Below are positions 7,134 to 14,332 of a DNA stretch of 20,000 nucleotides, piece after piece (the first letter of the stretch is position 1; each line of letters begins with the position of its first letter). The stretch lies in IMG/VR virus record IMGVR_UViG_3300035520_000308. One strand, given 5' to 3'. Below the pieces are notes generated by a model. That model had not been told where the DNA came from, did not search any database, and saw only the letters and a program-made list of their open reading frames with translations. This DNA is from an uncultured virus (IMG/VR IMGVR_UViG_3300035520_000308). Taxonomy: Duplodnaviria; Heunggongvirae; Uroviricota; Caudoviricetes. Both the position numbers and the translations under genes were made by a program.

Positions 7134-7778
7134 TTAACTGCTGTTCGTATCGGTTTGCTCGATGAATTGTGTCTGTTTTTCGCTCAAATTTGGCAATTCT
7201 GCGGCGCTTAAAACCTCTGTTTTTTTCGGAGCGTTTGACACATACGGACTATTCCAACCATGCCTGCGGTTGAGGATGGCAATCACACCAACAGGATTCT
7301 TGTTGCCGGTCGCTAATTTTGCCTCCAGACTATCTTCGTTACCTTTGGAAAGTTTTTTGTAAATTTCAGAAGTCGATACACTTAGCTCTCTGCTTCCATT
7401 ACCCCAACCATACAATGTATCTTGTGATATACCTGTAAGATATCCAAATCCACTAAATGTTATTTCTTTATCATTTACTAAACAGAGATATATATAATAG
7501 TCAAGTACATCATTAACATTATTTACATCATAAGCATTACAAGTACATTTATTTAAGTTACTATTGCTATTATTAACATATCCATTTAAAGGCTTATTGG
7601 ATTTTAATTTATTTGTACCCTTGAATACATGTTTATTTATATATATAAGGGCGGCTGTCCATCTGCTCTGTGGCTCTTTGGTCATATCCTCGATTCTGTT
7701 CTCTTTGCAGAACTGGGATAAATATAAATCTATGTCATTTTCAAAGACTTCAACGTCCTGCTCTTGTATCTTCTCCAT
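7134..7778 (-). CDS. Putative terminase small subunit (P22 gp3-like DNA packaging protein)
   Basis: ITFSGFGYLTGISQDTLYGW HTH and C-terminal NPVGVIAILNRRHGW pattern; GAGGTGA SD. Confidence 0.6.
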   Translation of the reverse strand: MEKIQEQDVEVFENDIDLYLSQFCKENRIEDMTKEPQSRWTAALIYINKHVFKGTNKLKSNKPLNGYVNNSNSNLNKCTCNAYDVNNVNDVLDYYIYLCLVNDKEITFSGFGYLTGISQDTLYGWGNGSRELSVSTSEIYKKLSKGNEDSLEAKLATGNKNPVGVIAILNRRHGWNSPYVSNAPKKTEVLSAAELPNLSEKQTQFIEQTDTNSS

Positions 7779-7812
7779 CTCTCATCACCTCTTTTCTGGA
7801 GCTTAAAAAAAT

Positions 7813-7874
7813 AAAAAAATCCGCAGAAACTAAAGTGAAAAAAAATAAAATATACTTTTAGTTTCTACGGATTT
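7813..7874 (-). terminator. Long hairpin plus U-tract in leader of putative terS (attenuator-like)
   Basis: AAATCCG(C/T)AGAAACTAAA inverted repeat followed on minus strand by TTTTTTTATTTTTT. Confidence 0.55.
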
Positions 7875-7917
7875 AAAAAATCGTAGTGTCATTTGATTAA
7901 TGTTTTAAATTGCTTGT

Positions 7918-7945
7918 ATTATACCACACTGAAATAAAATGTCAA
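7918..7945 (-). promoter_or_regulatory. SigA-type promoter
   Basis: TTGACA-16-TATAAT with extended TG. Confidence 0.65.
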
Positions 7946-7967
7946 CATCAAATTTTATAAAATATAT

Positions 7968-8222
7968 TCACGAGAAAGGCAGATCAGGCAAATCGTCATT
8001 GCTGCTGTAAAAATCCGGATGCCTGATATCGCGCTCCTGAATCTTCTGTCTTTCCAGTCTTTCCAATTCTGCCAAAACAAGCCGATTCACAAATGAATTT
8101 ATGCTTTCTCCTTGCGCTTTTATGCGCTCCTTTGTTCCCTTTGGAAATGCCACGTTTACAATATCTTTCTTTTCCTGATATGCCCTTATTGCATTTCTTG
8201 TATATTCCGGAGTTTTTCCCAT
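7968..8222 (-). CDS. Arc/RHH-type DNA-binding protein 1
   Basis: AIRAYQEKKDIVNVAFPKGTKERIKAQGESINSFVNRLVLAELE ribbon-helix-helix pattern. Confidence 0.75.
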   Translation of the reverse strand: MGKTPEYTRNAIRAYQEKKDIVNVAFPKGTKERIKAQGESINSFVNRLVLAELERLERQKIQERDIRHPDFYSSNDDLPDLPFS

Positions 8223-8245
8223 GTTTTTCCTCGCTTTCCATATTG

Positions 8246-8428
8246 TTATATAACGGCATTATATAACAACGTTATATAAAAGTCAATATAACATTTTATA
8301 TAAAATTATATATAACAATGTTATATAAATGGTTATATAAAAAGATATATGATGTTGTTATATAAAATGATATATAAAAAGTTATATGACAATATTATAT
8401 AAAATGCTTATATAAACACGTTATATAA
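8246..8428. repeat. Array of 15 palindromic TTATATAA units at 12-13 bp spacing
   Basis: Exact at 8246, 8259, 8272, 8296, 8321, 8333, 8358, 8395, 8408, 8421; variants at 8284, 8308, 8345, 8370, 8382. Confidence 0.9.
8258..8286 (-). promoter_or_regulatory. SigA-type promoter of RHH gene 1, embedded in the repeat array
   Basis: TTGACT-17-TATAAT. Confidence 0.7.
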
Positions 8429-8434
8429 ATACGT

Positions 8435-8460
8435 AAAAAAGAAAACCGCCCGGAGGCGGT
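8435..8460 (-). terminator. Intrinsic terminator
   Basis: ACCGCC-TCCG-GGCGGT then TTTCTTTTTT, just after stop at 8468. Confidence 0.85.
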
Positions 8461-8467
8461 CATCTTT

Positions 8468-8918
8468 TTACCGGATATCTGTAATTTCAACTAATGTTTT
8501 CGCTGCATCCTCATTTTGTTCAATTACCATAAACTCTAAAATGTTTTCATTGTCCGTGCTAATCGTTCTGCTCTCTAAAAGCTCGTCAGCATCACCGGAG
8601 CCGTTCCAAAGTTCATCGAAATAAAATTCATCCCCGATTTCATTTTTTTTCACCGGATGCTGCAAAAACTTCTCTTTCATCTGGAATTTCAATCTTATCA
8701 ATGTTCAACCCTGTTTCGTATTTCAAACATCTCTTTACTTCTTCCTCGGAAAGGTATAATTCTTCACCGGTCAGCCTAAAACAATCGTTTCTGTCAAATT
8801 CTCCGACTTTCACGGTGCAAAATGCTCCGTCTCCAAAACCTACGATTTTGTAAAATCCTTCTGTGTCCTGTAAAATCTGTCCTAACTCAACTCTTCTTGT
8901 TCTCATAATCTTCACCAT
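8468..8918 (-). pseudogene. Acidic hypothetical protein split into two frames at an A8 tract (8643-8650)
   Basis: ORF 8640-8918 stops right after G-A8-TGA; removing one A fuses it to 8468-8701, which lacks its own SD. Confidence 0.55.
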
Positions 8919-8954
8919 TTCAGCCTTGCCGACTGCCTTTCTTTTGATAGCTTA

Positions 8955-8983
8955 ATTATATCATAAGTGCATTATAATGTCAA
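8955..8983 (-). promoter_or_regulatory. Consensus SigA promoter with operator in spacer
   Basis: TTGACA-17-TATAAT, extended TG; ATAAGTGCATTAT at 8963 and 8988. Confidence 0.85.
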
Positions 8984-8996
8984 TACTATAAGTGCA

Positions 8997-9197
8997 TTAT
9001 TTTTTATATTTTTTCATTCTTTCTAATTCAGCGGCAACAACTTCTTTTATAAAAGCATTAGGCTTTTCAATTCCTAATGCTTTCATAGTGTTCTTTGTTC
9101 CAGCTGGAAAGATAACGTTAATTCTATCATTCTTCTTTTCGTACTCTCTTACTGCTTTTCTCTGCGCTTCTGTTGTTTTTAATTTAGTTTGTTCCAT
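8997..9197 (-). CDS. Arc/RHH-type DNA-binding protein 2 (66 aa), likely early-region repressor
   Basis: AQRKAVREYEKKNDRINVIFPAGTK...NAFIKEVVAAELE; AAGGGAG SD before ATG 9197; similar to 7968-8222. Confidence 0.78.
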   Translation of the reverse strand: MEQTKLKTTEAQRKAVREYEKKNDRINVIFPAGTKNTMKALGIEKPNAFIKEVVAAELERMKKYKK

Positions 9198-9233
9198 TTG
9201 TTTTCTCTCCCTTCTTTTTGTGATATTTATATC

Positions 9234-9352
9234 ATTATACAATAAGTGCGTTATATTGTCAATAGATAAGTGCATTATACAAAATGTACAAAATATAAGT
9301 GCATTATTTGTTTATTTTGCCTATTGTATAAGTGCATTATATATGCTATTAT
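9234..9352. promoter_or_regulatory. Divergent promoter pair with four operator repeats
   Basis: Minus TTGACA(9257-62)-17-TATAAT(9234-39); plus TTGTAT(9324-29)-17-TATTAT(9347-52); ATAAGTGCRTTAT at 9242, 9266, 9295, 9328. Confidence 0.8.
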
Positions 9353-9403
9353 ATATACAGAAACAAAGAACAGCAGAACACATAGAAAGGAATGGTGGTT
9401 ATC

Positions 9404-9658
9404 ATGAAAGAAAACGCAAAAGTAAAAGTACATTTATTTGACACAGTTGGAAAGGAAATCAAAACCAGAAATTTTGATAAGGTTTTTACAGTCTATAAGA
9501 AAAATGGAAGATATGGGATTGATTGGGTTGTTGATAATGCTGACGGTGACGCTTTTGTTCCATTCTATCATTTCACAAGCGCAACAATTTTTGAAGATGT
9601 AAGCACTGGGAAGAAATATTATTTCGACAATATAAAAAGATACATGGCAGAAATTTAG
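9404..9658 (+). CDS. Early hypothetical protein
   Basis: GAAAGGA/TGGTGG SD, ATG 9404, first gene after plus-strand promoter. Confidence 0.8.
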   Translation: MKENAKVKVHLFDTVGKEIKTRNFDKVFTVYKKNGRYGIDWVVDNADGDAFVPFYHFTSATIFEDVSTGKKYYFDNIKRYMAEI

Positions 9659-9718
9659 TCGAAACGCCTTCGGGCGTCTGGGGTAGGGCGGCAACCTTCC
9701 CACTGATGAGACAAGCCG
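9658..9718 (+). ncRNA. Hammerhead ribozyme, type II
   Basis: GTC-GAAAC-GCC-TTCG-GGC-GTC^-TGGG...CCCA-CTGATGA-GAC: intact core, stems I-III, cleavage after C9678; loop CGGC can pair with 3' GCCG. Confidence 0.92.
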
Positions 9719-9739
9719 AAAAGAAAGAGAGGTTAACAG

Positions 9740-9910
9740 GTGAGAAAATACAGTTTAGATGAAATCAAGAAAGAATTTACAAGCGACACTGATTTAATAG
9801 CATTTGGAGACGACGGCAAGGAATATAGTGCAAGCTATGACGCAGAATTTAAAATGGTGTTCTTCTGCATCCCGTCAAGCGTCAATGTTTTATACTACAA
9901 AATTGTATAG
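9740..9910 (+). CDS. Early hypothetical protein, 56 aa (MRKYSLDEIKKEF...)
   Basis: GAGGT SD, GTG start; below ORF-track cutoff. Confidence 0.75.
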   Translation: MRKYSLDEIKKEFTSDTDLIAFGDDGKEYSASYDAEFKMVFFCIPSSVNVLYYKIV

Positions 9911-9925
9911 AAAGGTGGGTTTATT

Positions 9926-10153
9926 ATGATTATAAAAGCAAGCGATTTAAAAGTTGGCACACAGTTAGCAGAGGCAGACGGATTTTTATTTGATGTGGTA
10001 GAAATTTTAAATGAGACAGAAAAATCTATAACTGTTAGATTGTGTAGTGATTTTTCCAGTTTTGAAAGCCATTGGAGAATTAAAAAAGACGGAACGCAAG
10101 GTGGCGTTGTAAAGACATTTAGAAAGTCAACAAGGCTTTATGGAATGAATTAG
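9926..10153 (+). CDS. Early hypothetical protein (possible SH3/KOW-like barrel)
   Basis: AAAGGTGG SD; IKASDLKVG N-terminus. Confidence 0.8.
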   Translation: MIIKASDLKVGTQLAEADGFLFDVVEILNETEKSITVRLCSDFSSFESHWRIKKDGTQGGVVKTFRKSTRLYGMN

Positions 10154-10201
10154 GCAAGGTCAGGCGGTGGCGGCTCCGGGGTTCGACTCCCCGGCTTGCT
10201 T
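10152..10201 (+). ncRNA. tRNA-like mini-element (acceptor, small D-like hairpin, T-arm)
   Basis: AGGCAAG/CTTGCTT, GTC-AGGCGGT-GGC, CCGGGG-TTCGACT-CCCCGG. Confidence 0.7.
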
Positions 10202-10320
10202 TTCCAAAAAATCAATAAGCTGATATCGCTAAGATGTGATAGAAATCTGTTGCAGCCGGTGCGATGGGATGAGATTTTTGAAGATGAAAACAAAACAGAA
10301 AGGTTAAAAAGGTGGATTTT

Positions 10321-10614
10321 ATGAAATTACACAAAATAAGAAATGTTGAAAAGGAAGTATGTACTTGCGAACAAAAAATTGCATACAATTACGCAGTTTC
10401 AAATTACGACAACATATATCAGGACAAAGAAAGAATTGCAGAATGTGTAAAACGCGATTTAGAAAGACGTAGCAATGGGGACATGAAAAAATATGATTGT
10501 AATGCAATTTTCCAAATTTTTGTATCAAATTTTGAGAATTACAAAAAAGCAAAATATCACATACTTACAAGTTATGATGAAATAGGGAACGCTTTTCCAA
10601 TCCATGAAATGTAA
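10321..10614 (+). CDS. Early hypothetical protein
   Basis: AGAAAGGTTAAAAAGGTG leader, ATG 10321. Confidence 0.8.
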   Translation: MKLHKIRNVEKEVCTCEQKIAYNYAVSNYDNIYQDKERIAECVKRDLERRSNGDMKKYDCNAIFQIFVSNFENYKKAKYHILTSYDEIGNAFPIHEM

Positions 10615-10710
10615 AATCTTTTCCCTCTATCCGTTTTTCAGGCGGCACTGGCTCATGACCGATAGAGGGATTGCAAAATAAACGAAAGAAAGGTTAAAAA
10701 GGTGAAGATT

Positions 10711-10905
10711 ATGTTTTTTAAGAAAGTAAAAGAAAGAAAACCAATCACAATTGAACAGATGAAGAAAATAGACTGCTATTCATTGTTAAAAAGAATGCAG
10801 TCAGGGCAAATCTATTATTTCGATTCAAACTGGAACATTACAGATTCCAACAATACAATCGTTCTGTTCAACGTTGGCGGAATGATTTCAAGGACTGTGA
10901 GATAA
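10711..10905 (+). CDS. Early hypothetical protein
   Basis: Same AGAAAGGTTAAAAAGGTG leader, ATG 10711. Confidence 0.75.
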   Translation: MFFKKVKERKPITIEQMKKIDCYSLLKRMQSGQIYYFDSNWNITDSNNTIVLFNVGGMISRTVR

Positions 10906-10919
10906 TCACAGCTCATTTG

Positions 10920-10948
10920 TTGCGTTTGCTTGCAATTTGTGGTATAAT
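10920..10948 (+). promoter_or_regulatory. SigA-type promoter with no downstream gene
   Basis: TTGCGT-17-TATAAT with extended TG. Confidence 0.6.
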
Positions 10949-11317
10949 AATCTATGTACATATGCGCTCATGTCATGTCATGTCAATTTAGTGTGCCAAT
11001 GCGCGCTCTCCGATGACAGCCGGATGTTATTATGCCCGAAAGCTAAATGTGAACTTTTTGTAAATATCGGCTAGAATATGCTCAAAATTGAGCCGAAATC
11101 TGCGATATTTCTCCGATTGATTTTTTGGCTTTGCAGGCGGCACCCGGGGGGGGTACTTTTCGCTGTACCCGGGAAATTTTTTGAGAAAAGTTTTTGGCAG
11201 AAAACCGCTGAAATCGTGATGAAATTTCAAAAATTACTCTGATTGAAATTCCGGTTTTGCAGACATACCCCGGGGGGGATTGTTTTTCTAACACCGGGAA
11301 TTTTTTTAGGAAATTGT

Positions 11318-11360
11318 TTTACACAGATTTTACATTCGACTTTACACAGATTTTACATTC
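11318..11360. repeat. 20-bp direct repeat TTTACACAGATTTTACATTC x2
   Basis: Exact copies at 11318 and 11341. Confidence 0.85.
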
Positions 11361-11493
11361 CATCGGAATCTTTCCCATTAGTAGAGATAACAAGTCCGAT
11401 AGCGGCATATCTGCTTTTCTTTAATTCTTCCAGTAATTTATCTATTGTCATATCCGGATTTGTCTTTTGAACATATTCCAGTAATCTATCCAT
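11353..11493 (-). CDS. Small hypothetical protein, 46 aa (MDRLLEYVQKTNPDMT...)
   Basis: GGGTGA SD right after the peptidase stop; manually translated. Confidence 0.65.
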   Translation of the reverse strand: MDRLLEYVQKTNPDMTIDKLLEELKKSRYAAIGLVISTNGKDSDGM

Positions 11494-11501
11494 ATCACCC
11501 A

Positions 11502-11816
11502 TTATGCATATCTCCTAACTTGTTTCAAAATTCTATCCACAACAGATATCACATCTCTGCCATATGTAGCCATAAAATCGCATAAAATCTCTTCCGTATC
11601 AATGTCTAGGTTTAACTGGTACTCAAAGCAAAAAATGTGTGTAATTTCGTGCAGTAACACTCTTTCTTTCATGGAATCCGATAGTCTATCGTTTATATAT
11701 ATGGTCTTTACATTGTTATCACATACTCCAAGAACTGAAACATTGTCAGAGCGTTTCAATCTATCGTCAGAAGCCTTTAAAGGTATCAAATTCCATTCAT
11801 TATTATTTATTAGCAT
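11502..11816 (-). CDS. HExxH zinc metallopeptidase-like (ImmA/IrrE-like) protein
   Basis: LGVCD...IYIN...VLLHEITH...EE; GAGGTG SD before ATG 11816. Confidence 0.8.
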   Translation of the reverse strand: MLINNNEWNLIPLKASDDRLKRSDNVSVLGVCDNNVKTIYINDRLSDSMKERVLLHEITHIFCFEYQLNLDIDTEEILCDFMATYGRDVISVVDRILKQVRRYA

Positions 11817-11896
11817 ATTTCTACACCTCACATATAAAACATCCTTAAAAAGAAAAATAAAAGGCTGTCAGCTTTATATTGCCAACAGCCAATAAA

Positions 11897-12679
11897 TTAT
11901 TCTTCTTTGAATAGATTTAATATAAATCGTCTTCCTGTCTGCGTTATCCTCCTGTAATAGATAACACATCCATTATCTAAAACTTCCTGTTTGATATCTT
12001 CATATCCTAAATTACTGTAATCGGAATATAATACCCATGTTCCATTTACTTTGTACTGGAATTTCTTTTCAGAAAGTAATCTGTTTAATTCTTTTGCAGA
12101 TTTAAGATTCAGTTCCTTTGCGATTTCTGTCATTGTGTATGTTTTATTTACATGGGTTAGTATTGCATTCTTCTTTTCTGCCTCTACCCTTGCTTCTCTT
12201 TCTTCCTTTAACTTTGTCAGAAGTTCTATTCCAAAATCCGGATTGTTAAGTATGTTGTCAATTACGTTATCCGTGGCATAAATACCATGCTTTCTAATGC
12301 TAGGGATAATTTCGTCTGCCACAAGTGCTTGAAACTTCTCCGCTGTTTCATTTTTAGCTTTCATGGCTAGGCGGTAGAATACGTTTTCTGGTATGTAATC
12401 CGGTCTTTTCCCATCTTGTCGGGAATTTTCCCCCACTTGTGGGGGAAAGCCTATTTCTCCAAGATAATCGTCCACTCTCTCCCAACGAATAGAAACATAT
12501 TCAGTTCCGTTTTTGTTTTGCGTTTGTGTAAATCCCAACCCTCTAGCTACATTTTCAAGTTTTAAATAAGCAACTCCGTCTTTCTCGTAGCAATCCACAC
12601 CGTTAATTGTAAAAAATTCTTTTTGCGCTTTGCCCGCACAAGAGGTTTTATCCTTAGTCGTAAGAGCAGTGTTTCCCAT
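11897..12679 (-). CDS. Phage antirepressor (Bro-N-like plus KilA-C-like)
   Basis: YIPENVFYRLAMKA...FQALVADEIIPSIRKHGIY, NPDFGIELLTKLKEER, TEIAKEL...ITQTGRRFI. Confidence 0.88.
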   Translation of the reverse strand: MGNTALTTKDKTSCAGKAQKEFFTINGVDCYEKDGVAYLKLENVARGLGFTQTQNKNGTEYVSIRWERVDDYLGEIGFPPQVGENSRQDGKRPDYIPENVFYRLAMKAKNETAEKFQALVADEIIPSIRKHGIYATDNVIDNILNNPDFGIELLTKLKEEREARVEAEKKNAILTHVNKTYTMTEIAKELNLKSAKELNRLLSEKKFQYKVNGTWVLYSDYSNLGYEDIKQEVLDNGCVIYYRRITQTGRRFILNLFKEE

Positions 12680-12991
12680 TCTGTCTATACCTCCTAAAAA
12701 TAATAAATGGTAAAGTTTAGTAGGCTACACAAATATATGTAGCCTACTCCGTCCAATTAGTAACCAGTATCTTCACTGGTGTAAGGAAAATTATTATCCT
12801 TTAGCAACTATCCTCAAATCGGATAGCAGGAGGTGATTCCGTCCAAATGGTAACCGACTTCTTTATCGGAACATTTTTAAAGGGGAAAATGTGATAATAA
12901 TAAAAGAAAAAACGTACACAAAGAATTATGCCTAACTATGGCTTTATCTTTTGTATACGTTTCTTTATCAACATTTTTCGACTTGCTCATA

Positions 12992-13020
12992 ATGATATCA
13001 CTAAAATTCTGCAAAGTCAA
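12992..13020 (-). promoter_or_regulatory. Promoter of antirepressor with ~300-nt structured leader
   Basis: TTGACT-17-TATCAT, extended TG. Confidence 0.6.
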
Positions 13021-13070
13021 TAAGTTTTTTTCTGTCAGCAATATAAAATTATCAATGTTCAATACATACT

Positions 13071-13544
13071 CTATCCCATTTTAGCAAGAAGAGCCTGAAT
13101 CCGAGATTTCATAATGGTACGGCTTGCATTGTCAAGTGTTCCCCAAATTTCCACCAAATCATTCACCAACTCTTTCGTGAAATGGTCAAAATTCTCCTGT
13201 GTTGTTTCTTCATGATATTTCTGACGTGCTTTTTCAGATTTACTCACGTTCCTTTCTTCCAAAGGCTCGGAATAGTATCTTTTCCCACTTTTTAAATCCA
13301 TGTCCCTGTAGTACTCTGCGGAATGTTCCTTGAACATCTCCGGTGTCATGCGATATTCTCCATCTTTCATTTCTTTTGCGATGAGGCTATGATATTCAGC
13401 TTCAGCCAAGTCTTTAATCATGTCGATAACCTCACCCATCTCTTCTGTGTTTACGCATTTGATGTCCTGCGACAATTCATTGCAAGCCACTTCCGCAAGA
13501 GTTTCAATCATTTTGTGTATTCTTTCGATATGCATACCAATCAC
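13071..13544 (-). CDS. Helical hypothetical protein of the Gln/Cys-rich cluster
   Basis: EMGEVIDMIKDLAEAEY and YRDMD motifs; AGGAGGTG SD (start may be ATG 13535). Confidence 0.8.
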   Translation of the reverse strand: MIGMHIERIHKMIETLAEVACNELSQDIKCVNTEEMGEVIDMIKDLAEAEYHSLIAKEMKDGEYRMTPEMFKEHSAEYYRDMDLKSGKRYYSEPLEERNVSKSEKARQKYHEETTQENFDHFTKELVNDLVEIWGTLDNASRTIMKSRIQALLAKMG

Positions 13545-13547
13545 CTC

Positions 13548-13964
13548 CTACATTCCGGCAACTCTTGTCACTGTCAGATTTGCGTTCTGCAAGTCGATAG
13601 ACTGCGTTGATACATTTACCACACTAACAACTGCGCAGCATGGAGGAGATACCTTCGCAAAATGTGTTTTTGAAATATTATTATAATCTGCTGTTGCTCC
13701 CGGAGTCGAAGTCATAACAGCACCCGGAATAGGCTCTCCATCTAGCGCGAGTGCCATGCTGATGCTATCCACTGTACCGCCTGTCGGCACTGCAATATCT
13801 CCACTGAACGAAATGCTGTAGATACCCGGTTTTGCAAGGGTAATCTGTGAACTACCCTCTCTATGTCTCTCTGCTCCACATCCGCTTTTTAATGATGTTG
13901 TGGAAAATAATGCCGCTCCATTTGCAATGATTTCCTGTTCAGCTATATTTGTAATCTCAATCAT
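13548..13964 (-). CDS. Beta-sandwich protein (BclA C-terminal/C1q-like)
   Basis: HREGSSQITLAKPGIYSISFSG...ALDGEPIPG...NANLTVTRVA all-beta pattern. Confidence 0.6.
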   Translation of the reverse strand: MIEITNIAEQEIIANGAALFSTTSLKSGCGAERHREGSSQITLAKPGIYSISFSGDIAVPTGGTVDSISMALALDGEPIPGAVMTSTPGATADYNNISKTHFAKVSPPCCAVVSVVNVSTQSIDLQNANLTVTRVAGM

Positions 13965-14086
13965 GTTCTATACCTCTCTTTCTTTTGAGTTTTTCGAGTT
14001 CAACTCGTTCTTAACTCGGCATGACAAGTTAAAAAGGGCAAACCAAAATTTAATTTAAAGTCTGCCCTAATTTATGGTAATACTGC

Positions 14087-14332
14087 CTATTTGACAGACA
14101 TATCCTTTTGTATTTCGGATAAGATACTTAATATTTTGTTTTGATTTTCGATTATCTTATCGAGATAAACTTTATCCTGTCTTTGCAATTCTCGTAATAT
14201 AACATCATTATCTAACTGTTTAGCAGTTTTATTATGGTCAATAATCTGCAAAATCAGACTTGATATCGTAATTAGGTCAAGAATTTCAAATGAGCTTTCT
14301 TCTCCTGTTGTAAGATTATCTTGCGTAACCAT
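14087..14332 (-). CDS. Small hypothetical protein (hydrophobic segment plus coiled coil)
   Basis: TAATG coupling with the upstream gene. Confidence 0.7.
   Translation of the reverse strand: MVTQDNLTTGEESSFEILDLITISSLILQIIDHNKTAKQLDNDVILRELQRQDKVYLDKIIENQNKILSILSEIQKDMSVK

Noticed and set aside
8246..8428. CRISPR array
   Set aside because: 8-bp units with 4-5 bp spacers; no cas genes
11030..11470. ORFs 11030-11230, 11082-11294 and 11243-11470
   Set aside because: No SDs; they translate homopolymer-rich cis DNA or lie antisense to a better ORF
12877..13062. 61-aa ORF upstream of the antirepressor
   Set aside because: No SD; spans the predicted promoter
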